Shown here in pieces: positions 24,122 through 31,747 of a stretch of 31,747 nucleotides of DNA (the stretch's first letter is position 1; the number at the start of each line of letters is the position of its first letter). A program made the translations under genes and the position numbers. A model generated the notes under the pieces. That model was not told the origin of the DNA, ran no database searches, and worked only from the letters and a program-made list of their open reading frames with translations. The DNA lies in the IMG/VR virus record IMGVR_UViG_3300020044_005823, positions 1-31,747 of that record; one strand, written 5' to 3'. Source of the stretch: a virus (lineage: Duplodnaviria > Caudoviricetes).

Positions 24122-24431
24122 TTCTGTACCTATCTATCATTTTTGCTTTGATGTTTTGGATAAGTTTACGTTCAGATGCACCAGATTCTCGTTCTGTTGT
24201 GTATCCTTTGTCGTAAGCATCTCCGACTTCTACTGCACCAGCCGCTCGATAAGCAGCTCGTAATTTACTTTTGCTTGTATAAACTTCTTTCGGATTAAGG
24301 GGGTTTCTGGTTGGTTCCATTTCGTCTTGAATGAATAGATCGCGAGCATTGGTTTGGGCTCTACGCTGTACTTCTTCAATCGGAACAACTTTGTTTTGTA
24401 TGTGACAATACTGGTACAATTTGTATTTCAT
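24111..24431 (-). CDS. hypothetical head-module protein
   Basis: FIQDEMEPTRNP...YTSKSKLR....GAVEVGD; position before the scaffold gene. Confidence 0.7.
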   Translation of the reverse strand: MKYKLYQYCHIQNKVVPIEEVQRRAQTNARDLFIQDEMEPTRNPLNPKEVYTSKSKLRAAYRAAGAVEVGDAYDKGYTTERESGASERKLIQNIKAKMIDRYRNGR

Positions 24432-24432
24432 C

Positions 24433-24738
24433 TTAATCGTCCATAGCTAACATAAGTAGCAAGTATCTTATTCGTTTTTTACGTTCATCCCCTGTAACTT
24501 CCCCAAGTTTGGGTTCACTAAACATGCGAGATTTCAAAATGTCTCTTAGTTTTTGTACGTCAGTTTTGGGTGCAAGCGTTATTGGTTTCTGTCGTGCTTG
24601 CAGCATTTGAGCTGCAATAGCTTCTTCTAGTTCATCAGAGCGTCGCTTTTTCTTACGATAGACATCCAGAATATCGCTGGTATCTGGTGTAACTGCGCCG
24701 CCATATTGTTTTGGATTAAGAAGAACAATTAAGCTCAT
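24433..24738 (-). CDS. hypothetical protein with hydrophobic ends (MSLIVLL... LLLMLAMDD)
   Basis: ATGA overlap with the previous gene; tight packing. Confidence 0.65.
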   Translation of the reverse strand: MSLIVLLNPKQYGGAVTPDTSDILDVYRKKKRRSDELEEAIAAQMLQARQKPITLAPKTDVQKLRDILKSRMFSEPKLGEVTGDERKKRIRYLLLMLAMDD

Positions 24739-25265
24739 GCGTGTTTAATTATGTAGTTTACCACTAGGTAAGGTGGGTTTTGAGTGCCAGAGGTCATAGC
24801 AGCGTTACCATCGACTCCCCCAGTAACGAGTCCGATACGTCCAGTAATTGTAGATGCGACGTAAGAACCTTGTGAGGTATCTCCTTTTACTGCTGTTGTT
24901 GTGGTTGAGCCTCCCCATGCGCTGTACCCTGAAGGTGAGTTAGACACTGCTAAATCTGCTCCGGTTCCCATTCCATGATAATGAGCTGGGACACTATGTG
25001 TGTGATCTATGCTACCACCTGTACCAGCAAGTGAGTTACCTGTGCCGGATGCGGCTTTACCCATTGGGAAGCGTTGACGTAGATCAGGTACGTTAAATGT
25101 TGTGCCGCTTGCAGAACCGTATGTTGTACCAATAACACTAAACAACTTTGGATAGTCTGCTCGATTAAGGCTACTACCATCGGCAATAAGCCAACCTGCT
25201 GGCGCTGTGTTTGTGTACCACAACATTCCTGCGCCAATAGGTGTATCGCTGCCAAAAACAGGCAT
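24735..25265 (-). CDS. phage tail-collar domain protein
   Basis: PIGAGMLWY..TAPAGWLIADGS...YPKLFSVIGTTYG...TFNVPDLRQRFPMG; NPPYLVVNYIIK. Confidence 0.9.
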   Translation of the reverse strand: MPVFGSDTPIGAGMLWYTNTAPAGWLIADGSSLNRADYPKLFSVIGTTYGSASGTTFNVPDLRQRFPMGKAASGTGNSLAGTGGSIDHTHSVPAHYHGMGTGADLAVSNSPSGYSAWGGSTTTTAVKGDTSQGSYVASTITGRIGLVTGGVDGNAAMTSGTQNPPYLVVNYIIKHA

Positions 25266-26899
25266 TAGCTGATCTCCGTAACTCTCATGCTACCCGTAGG
25301 CGTTGCATCCCAAATTGCATCAATGGCACCAGTATAAAGTGGGATTGGCAGTTCTAGTGTTTGTGCTGGTGATAGCTTATAGCTGAAACTTGTAGTGCTT
25401 GCGGTTGCACCTAACTTTACATAAACCGCTTTATCGCAATCGTTAAACAGGATTGCCATGCGACGATTGGCGTTACTTGCCAGGATGCTAGTAGACACTG
25501 CAGCGGAAACTACAGATGTTACTGATGATGTAGAGTATGTAGCAGCTACTACTGGTGGTAGTGATGCAACGTCAACATCGCCTATGTTGTTATTACCAGC
25601 AGGTAATGCTGTTGAGATTGTAACCGCTCCAGTGTTACATGCGGTGACTTTACCGTTAAGCGTTGAAAGAGTGCTTTCTGTTGCGGCACCTGTAGGCAAT
25701 GAAACAGTGCCAGTAATGTTGGTGATGTTCCAAGTACCAGACTGCGTAACAGGTATTGCTGTTTGGTCAGAAGCGATAGCAACAGGTAAGCTGTTTGCCA
25801 TCGTAGTTTGACCAACGATGCCGGTAATGTCGCCAATAGCTGTGATGAGTGAGCCGGATGGATTTACTTTTACGTTGTAGTAAGTGCCGCCACCAGTGCT
25901 TGACCGTCCTGCAAGGACAGCACGAGTAAGATTAGCTAAGCTATAATCGGTCAGAGTTTCATTAAGTGGATTATAATCGCTAGTAGTACCAGCCGCCCAA
26001 CAACCTGTATAAATCGAAAGATTTGTTGCACCAGCTGCCGTTTTCTTTACTTCCAACTGCATTGGCAAAGATGGGTTTTCAATGCTTGGATCTAGTTGGC
26101 TATTAGGTATGCGAATCGTGTGATAAACCACCCATTTAGCATCGGGACTAAATACCTCGTATATAAACGACCCAGAACCTAACCATGCAAATCTGATTCT
26201 ATAGAGATTTGAAAACTCAAGATTGATCGCTTCTGGGATTCCGTCTCGTGTAAAAATGGAATTGCTAGAACCATCAAGTGGGTCACCATTCCAACTAGCG
26301 CGATTAATTCTGGTATCAACACCACCATTACGAAGTGTTAAGCCAAAAAGCGTTCCTTCATAACCAATGAACGTGCCATTGTCGGTATCATACAATCCAA
26401 GGCGTTGATAACTGTTTGCAATGCCAGTCGTAAAAGCAGCAGAGAACATTGTGTATTCTTCGTGCGCTGGCCTGTAGTTACATTTTAAAACACTTAATCC
26501 TGCCACTCCACCATTAGTGTTAGTACCACTTTGGTAACGTGCATGGCCTCCTGTAATTGTTGCAGAACCACCTGAGCTTGTAGTGTTTGTAATTACATTA
26601 GAATCAAACGCACTAAAGAAACTAATCTCAATCTCGTTGTTACGTCTGCCTGTAACTCCTACGCCTAGAATGTCTGAGTTGGCTGTAATGTTGAAATACA
26701 AACCACCAACTACTGCATTACTAATGTTTTGCAATGTTGTTTCAGTAGCAAAGTCTGGAACGGTCAAGTCTTCGGCACCGGCCCCACCATAATCAACGGC
26801 CATAACTTGTACCTGTTTGCCGCTCTTATCGAGCGTACGCACAGGTATGTCAGGGTTAGTACTAGTAGGAGTGTTGGAGACTGTTACGTTATCAGTCAT
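25265..26899 (-). CDS. fibre/appendage-like structural protein
   Basis: Lectin-like central region (YRIRFAWLGSG), SLPVAIASDQ / GAATESTL / GNNNIGDVDV fibre linkers and a small C-terminal beta domain. Confidence 0.6.
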   Translation of the reverse strand: MTDNVTVSNTPTSTNPDIPVRTLDKSGKQVQVMAVDYGGAGAEDLTVPDFATETTLQNISNAVVGGLYFNITANSDILGVGVTGRRNNEIEISFFSAFDSNVITNTTSSGGSATITGGHARYQSGTNTNGGVAGLSVLKCNYRPAHEEYTMFSAAFTTGIANSYQRLGLYDTDNGTFIGYEGTLFGLTLRNGGVDTRINRASWNGDPLDGSSNSIFTRDGIPEAINLEFSNLYRIRFAWLGSGSFIYEVFSPDAKWVVYHTIRIPNSQLDPSIENPSLPMQLEVKKTAAGATNLSIYTGCWAAGTTSDYNPLNETLTDYSLANLTRAVLAGRSSTGGGTYYNVKVNPSGSLITAIGDITGIVGQTTMANSLPVAIASDQTAIPVTQSGTWNITNITGTVSLPTGAATESTLSTLNGKVTACNTGAVTISTALPAGNNNIGDVDVASLPPVVAATYSTSSVTSVVSAAVSTSILASNANRRMAILFNDCDKAVYVKLGATASTTSFSYKLSPAQTLELPIPLYTGAIDAIWDATPTGSMRVTEIS

Positions 26900-26902
26900 T
26901 TG

Positions 26903-29500
26903 TTAGCTCTCGCTTTCTTCCATTTCATCTTCTACTTCTTCCATCTCAATGGATGGATTGCCAGCTTCATCAGTCATTACTCGCCCTCTACGCTTACCAC
27001 GTTTTGGGATAATGTTGTTAATGACTATTGGAGATTGTTTTGTTGGCTCTGCGGTAGTTCGACCTAGAGCTTCCATGCTCATGCGGATACGCTCAAGTTG
27101 GCTATCAGCTTGCAATCTGCGTTCTTCCATAAGCTTCTCAGACTCAGAAAGTTTGATTCGCATCTGCTCAAGCTCAAGCTTTTGCAACTCAAGAATCTGC
27201 GCCATGCGGTTTGTTTCTTGGCTAATAGCTTGCTTGTTAGCATCAGACTGACTAGCCGATTGAACTTTAAGCATTTCAACTTGAACACCAGATTGCTTAA
27301 TCTGTACTTCTTGTTGAGCAATCGAAAGTTCTTGCTGCTGAATGTATTGGCCGAACTGTTGGTCTTGAACTTTAAGTTGAGCTTCAAGTTGATTGCGTTG
27401 CATCTGGAGTTGCTGGTCTTGATAACTAAGTTGATTCTTAGTTGACTTGTCCTGCATTTCCATCTGCGCTGCTTGTAGTCTAGCTTGCGACTCAATCTGA
27501 GCTATTTGCAGCCGACCTTGAACTTCCTGCATTACAGGGTCTGGCGGAGGCGGTTGTTTAGCTGCTTCTTCTTTCGCTTTAGAAATCTCACCAATTTGCG
27601 TAAGAGCTTTCGTAAACAAGCCATCGATCTCTTTGCCTCCCTTGTAACGTTTGATCATGTTTTGGAACAACGAGATAGAGAAATCGATCAACGGTGGATA
27701 TTGGTCTATCAAACCACGCATTTGGTCGAAGAAAGCACCTGCTGTTTGGATAAGCATGGTGGCTTCTTGTTGTTGCTGCTGTTGGTCGATAGCCATCATA
27801 GAATCGGTAGCAATTTGGATTCTATAGCTTCGCTTTTTATCGTCTCGCAATATCTCTAAGATTTGTCCCTTAACCCTATCGATTTCTTCCAGCGGATCAT
27901 AAGGCGGTGGCATTGGTGGAGCCATCTCAGGCATTGGAGGCATCATACCTGTCTCATCACCTGGCATAGGTGGTTGCATAGGTTCGGGTGCGGGAGGAGG
28001 TGGAGGAGGCGGTGGCAGAGTAGGCTCAATGAGCGCGTCAGCATCTGCAACATCAAAGATAGTTTCTGGCTCGAATACCTCAGCAATAATAGTGGTAAGA
28101 TTGCTGATAGCGTCAGAAACAAACTTAGCAAACATGTTTTGTCGCACGATGAGTCCCATCGACGACCATTGATTTTCAAGTCTATTAGCTGTTGCTGACT
28201 TGTATTGCTCTGAAGTGCCACGAAGCAAATCGCTTACTTTGAGTGTTTCGTAGAGCTGTTGCAAAGCGTTCTGCCTAGCACCCTGAAGGATGTTGAGAGC
28301 GTTCATGTATGGCTCGATGTTCATGGACTCGATGCCATTTGCAAGGCCACCACGTTGCTTATAGGACGGCCAGTTAGTAACTGGGATAAGTTTTAGATCC
28401 CCAGTCATGAGCATTTCAACTTGATTCCCCAAAGTCGCGTCGTAGAGGCTATTCGTGCGAATGGCCTGAGTAACAGCGTGGATACGGGTTGTGAGCCGCT
28501 CGACTTCGAGGATCTGGTCTTTTACATGGCTGTAATCCGAGACAGGAATAACGCTATCGGGATCAGCAGACTGACGAATAACAGAGCAAGGGAAAAACTT
28601 TTCAAATCGAATTGGAGGTTCTGAGGTTTCAATAAGGGTCTTATCTCCACTTTTTTGAATCCAATAAACCTTTCGTGAAGGCCGGTCCCATATCTCATAG
28701 AGTTCAGCCTTTCCTTCGTAACGGTCATCTTGTCGGGCAATATCTTTCTTTATAACTTCTGGATAACTGTCGTAGGTAAGCTGATCAGCAATCTCTGGAC
28801 CAAACATGCTTTCTGCTTGGCTTCTATCCATGAAAGCTTTACGAGCTTGCCAGTCAATCTCAGCTTCACTCCGAGCATCGTTGCAGTAGTAATCGTTGTA
28901 TTGAACAACTTCGATAATAGCTCTTTCGCTTGTTTTCTTTTGAATCTGCATCCCACCGATTAGGATGCCACCTTCGCGTTCTTCAAGTTCTTCTTCGTCG
29001 CCCTCGTAGTCGTTGCCGTCACCGTCAATCAACTTACCTTCTGGGTCACGAATAACTGCATACTCTTCATAAACAGTTTCAAACTCGGCAACATAACGAG
29101 CCCACAAAACTGCTTGACCAGTCAGCAAAAATTGCAGAGCAGCTTGATAACCAATTTTGTCAAAATCAAAATGAACATCCATTGCGTATTGAGCGTTACG
29201 CTCAAGGACGACAGAACCAAGCTCATACGGTAAACTTCCTGAACGTTTGCGAAGGTTTACTTCTGCTTTGGGAGTTGAAGAATAGTAAGCAGGAAGAAGA
29301 GTATTAGTACAATACCACCAAACATTAAGTCGTCTTTCTGCGTCATTAAGAACACCCACTTGCTTTTGAGCGTTGTATACACGGATGCTTTCTTCAGCAG
29401 CTTCTATAAACTTTTTGCGACGTTCTTCCGCACGAGTAATCTCATTTTTCCACCAACGACCACTATACTTTTCAACAGTAGGTTTAGGTTGAACTTTCAT
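26903..29500 (-). CDS. portal protein with long C-terminal coiled coil
   Basis: 865 aa directly after TerL; LYEIWD...KVYWI, FFPC, VSDLLRG..S.TA; Gln-rich helical tail reminiscent of the P22 portal barrel. Confidence 0.85.
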   Translation of the reverse strand: MKVQPKPTVEKYSGRWWKNEITRAEERRKKFIEAAEESIRVYNAQKQVGVLNDAERRLNVWWYCTNTLLPAYYSSTPKAEVNLRKRSGSLPYELGSVVLERNAQYAMDVHFDFDKIGYQAALQFLLTGQAVLWARYVAEFETVYEEYAVIRDPEGKLIDGDGNDYEGDEEELEEREGGILIGGMQIQKKTSERAIIEVVQYNDYYCNDARSEAEIDWQARKAFMDRSQAESMFGPEIADQLTYDSYPEVIKKDIARQDDRYEGKAELYEIWDRPSRKVYWIQKSGDKTLIETSEPPIRFEKFFPCSVIRQSADPDSVIPVSDYSHVKDQILEVERLTTRIHAVTQAIRTNSLYDATLGNQVEMLMTGDLKLIPVTNWPSYKQRGGLANGIESMNIEPYMNALNILQGARQNALQQLYETLKVSDLLRGTSEQYKSATANRLENQWSSMGLIVRQNMFAKFVSDAISNLTTIIAEVFEPETIFDVADADALIEPTLPPPPPPPPAPEPMQPPMPGDETGMMPPMPEMAPPMPPPYDPLEEIDRVKGQILEILRDDKKRSYRIQIATDSMMAIDQQQQQQEATMLIQTAGAFFDQMRGLIDQYPPLIDFSISLFQNMIKRYKGGKEIDGLFTKALTQIGEISKAKEEAAKQPPPPDPVMQEVQGRLQIAQIESQARLQAAQMEMQDKSTKNQLSYQDQQLQMQRNQLEAQLKVQDQQFGQYIQQQELSIAQQEVQIKQSGVQVEMLKVQSASQSDANKQAISQETNRMAQILELQKLELEQMRIKLSESEKLMEERRLQADSQLERIRMSMEALGRTTAEPTKQSPIVINNIIPKRGKRRGRVMTDEAGNPSIEMEEVEDEMEESES

Positions 29501-30903
29501 ATTTTTGCTCGTTGGTTGTTTTGTCTCATCTGTGAAATGTATGCTTGCAACTTAATTAAACCTTTATTGAAAACCTCAGCAGGTTGTTCCCACTTAGCGT
29601 CGAGTAGCCTAGCTTTACACATATAACGTAAAGCATCGACGGCATGATCGTTTCCGTTTGTATCCAAATCTTCTGGATTGCGCTTGTCTATCGTCATGGA
29701 TGGTAAAGTCTCTAGCAAGTATTGGCAATTAGCAAAGATATAGAGTAACGGCGGTTTACCTACCAACCTTTGTCTAATCTGTGACCACCCTGAAATACGG
29801 TCATTATCCGCTGGTCTGAAACTTGGGTGCTTAAACTTGGCAAACACGACATTGAACTGGTCGTTAATGCTTGGACCACCCTCATGACTAAAGATGCTAG
29901 GGTCAGCTACGGCTATTGGATTTTCTCCGATGGAAGCTGCTGCAATTCGATTAGCTTGCTCAACATTATCAACTCCCTTGGAGTGCATCTCTCGATATAT
30001 GACAATGCTTCCTTTTGGATATGGCACTTCATTACCTTTGTCATCCCGTCCAGAACTAACAGCACCCCAAACAGCGGCGAAAGGAGAACGATAACCCCAG
30101 TCATAACCAAGGTAGCGAGGCCAGTGTTTAGGTAGATTAAAAGGAGCGATAATGTGTTTCCCACTGAACTCAGGAAAATAACTACCCTCGTGAATTTCGA
30201 AATCTCCTTCAAGCCAAGCTCTGACAAGTTCTGGACTACCGACCATGTGCAATCGGTTGATGTACTCAGGATCTCTAGCAAGCAAGATTTGGTTGTCATG
30301 CACTCTCGACGGTATGTAAATGTAGTCAAAACTACTGCCATTAGGCAGCTTCTTCTCTAGTACCTGCATCCCTTTAGGAGCTGGCTTAATAAACAACTCT
30401 TTCAGCCATCCATGACCCACACCACCAGGGTTGAACGTAAGGATGACCTGACCGCCTCCCCTGCCTCGTAGAGCGCCGAACAGCTTCCAGATAGGGGAAG
30501 GGTCAGAGTAGTTACCAGCTTCTTCTATAGCGCAATCTGACAGGTTCTGGCCTTGATACTTCTCAGCATCAGCATCATTGCCTAAAGGTCTAAAACGTAA
30601 GCGACCACCCGATAAGAAGGTAAATTGCTTTTTTTGGTCCTGCCAATGGGCTTTGAGGGGTAAATATATTTGCTTAGCCCTTTCAATAAGGTCATCAGCT
30701 TGAGGCAATTCTTTACGAAAGAAAATAGCATTAAAGTCAGCCCCTAACTGTTCTTGCTTGACAGCAAACTTACCCAAAACCCCGTCAGTCTTACCACCAC
30801 CACGAGCACCGCCATAACCGACCAAAGTTATAGGGCAGTTTACCAACGCTTCCTGAGGGCCTTTTTGCGGCTGCCATACAACATTATAGTCAATGTTTTC
30901 CAT
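29497..30903 (-). CDS. terL: terminase large subunit
   Basis: Walker A GGARGGGKT, Walker B CAIEEA, LTFNPGG, nuclease GYDWG and DHAVDALRY. Confidence 0.95.
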   Translation of the reverse strand: MENIDYNVVWQPQKGPQEALVNCPITLVGYGGARGGGKTDGVLGKFAVKQEQLGADFNAIFFRKELPQADDLIERAKQIYLPLKAHWQDQKKQFTFLSGGRLRFRPLGNDADAEKYQGQNLSDCAIEEAGNYSDPSPIWKLFGALRGRGGGQVILTFNPGGVGHGWLKELFIKPAPKGMQVLEKKLPNGSSFDYIYIPSRVHDNQILLARDPEYINRLHMVGSPELVRAWLEGDFEIHEGSYFPEFSGKHIIAPFNLPKHWPRYLGYDWGYRSPFAAVWGAVSSGRDDKGNEVPYPKGSIVIYREMHSKGVDNVEQANRIAAASIGENPIAVADPSIFSHEGGPSINDQFNVVFAKFKHPSFRPADNDRISGWSQIRQRLVGKPPLLYIFANCQYLLETLPSMTIDKRNPEDLDTNGNDHAVDALRYMCKARLLDAKWEQPAEVFNKGLIKLQAYISQMRQNNQRAKI

Positions 30904-30906
30904 CAG

Positions 30907-31398
30907 TTATGCCACTATTTTCCACTTTTTGCCAGTAACTATATTGTGGATATTTTTGTAGTTTACGCCATATTTTGTCCCTAAACTGCGAATAGTATGT
31001 CCACCTTCGGCGTACAATTTTCTAATTTCCAAAACTTGCTCTGGTTTTAATTTTGCATCTTTATTTTTAGAGCCAAAAGGAGTGCGGCCTTTTAATGCCA
31101 TATCACGCATATTGTCTTGATGTGTACCAAGAAACAAATGTTCAGGATTTACGCATTGAGGATTATCGCATTTATGAAGAACGTGCTTGTCGCCAATAGG
31201 CCCTTTACAGAACTCATACATAAGACGATGCACTTTATACTGTTTGCGATTGTTTCGATTGCCCTTTTCTCGTATGCCAAATGTACCGTATCCGTTTTTA
31301 CGACCTAAGCTTCCTATCCAATAATGACAATCACTGAATGGAATTTGAATAATATAACGATAAAGGCGATTGAGAAGGTGTTGTTTTGTGTACCCCAT
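30907..31398 (-). CDS. HNH (homing-type) endonuclease with C-terminal HTH; start uncertain (31398-31440)
   Basis: CHYWIG, GYG, VHRLMYE, VLHKCDNPQCVNPEHLFLGTHQDNMRDM, AKL...QV.EIR. Confidence 0.9.
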   Translation of the reverse strand: MGYTKQHLLNRLYRYIIQIPFSDCHYWIGSLGRKNGYGTFGIREKGNRNNRKQYKVHRLMYEFCKGPIGDKHVLHKCDNPQCVNPEHLFLGTHQDNMRDMALKGRTPFGSKNKDAKLKPEQVLEIRKLYAEGGHTIRSLGTKYGVNYKNIHNIVTGKKWKIVA

Positions 31399-31440
31399 TA
31401 TCATGTGGCCCACCATAGCAATACCACGCGACTTAGGCAA

Positions 31441-31641
31441 TCATTTACCGCTAACCATCACAGCGTTAGTGCCGTAAATCCGCTCTACATCACACCGAGG
31501 ATTCTGACACACAAAATAAGGTCCAACAGCACCAGCAAACAAACTAACATACGGTACCTCCTCACATGCAACTTTTACAGTCGTTACATGCTCACACTTA
31601 GGGCACCGATAAACCTCACTCTCCCTCACCTTCTTTTCCAT
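31441..31641 (-). CDS. small zinc-finger protein
   Basis: CPKC...CQNPRC. Confidence 0.6.
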   Translation of the reverse strand: MEKKVRESEVYRCPKCEHVTTVKVACEEVPYVSLFAGAVGPYFVCQNPRCDVERIYGTNAVMVSGK

Positions 31642-31747
31642 CCTGTGCTAAATACCTCTGTATAAACTCTTCCTTCGTTAATGGTTTAGAACTAACAACG
31701 TTCCTAATCTCACCGCTAATCTCTAAAGTCTGATGCTCACTCCAAAC
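31616..31747 (-). CDS. C-terminus of the probable terminase small subunit (truncated by window edge)
   Basis: Open frame VWSEHQTLEISGEIRNVVSSKPLTKEEFIQRYL...; position upstream of TerL. Confidence 0.5.
   Translation of the reverse strand, partial: VWSEHQTLEISGEIRNVVSSKPLTKEEFIQRYLAQDGKEGEGE

Noticed and set aside
9999-31665. Many plus-strand and alternative-frame ORFs across the late region (e.g. 14455-14865, 19422-19838, 27079-27495, 29913-30341)
   Set aside because: They are shadows of well-supported minus-strand structural genes and show no recognisable motifs.
1-31747. Stop-codon reassignment
   Set aside because: Long genes are intact under the standard code, and TAA, TAG and TGA all end tightly packed genes.

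Overview
The window is most of the genome of a small tailed phage with short-tail (podovirus-like) morphogenesis. It uses the standard genetic code, and its host cannot be read from the sequence. Left part (1-7812, mostly + strand): early/middle genes. These include an inverted stand-alone winged-helix replication initiator that carries its own iteron origin, a four-gene envelope-targeted cassette ending in a lytic transglycosylase, a Bet/RecT annealase, a ribbon-helix-helix-like regulator, two tandem paralogous PC4-like ssDNA-binding proteins (one with an SSB-type DDDLPF tail), DUF551 and a Holliday-junction resolvase. Right part (7809-31747, - strand): one long late region. It reads TerS (partial), HNH nuclease, TerL, portal, fibre/collar proteins, scaffold, major capsid, decoration proteins, an RcGTA-like head-spike base plus fibre, adaptor, nozzle, five candidate ejection proteins, an S74-chaperoned tail fibre, and a lysis region with DUF5675, small membrane proteins and an 18-Cys secreted protein. 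No integrase, DNA polymerase, helicase, tRNA or CRISPR array is visible. The most promising leads are the early envelope-remodelling cassette, the self-contained plasmid-like replicon, the PC4-like SSB pair, a motif shared by two ejection-region proteins, and the Cys-rich secreted lysis-cassette protein. All family assignments come from motif recognition by eye; no database search was run.
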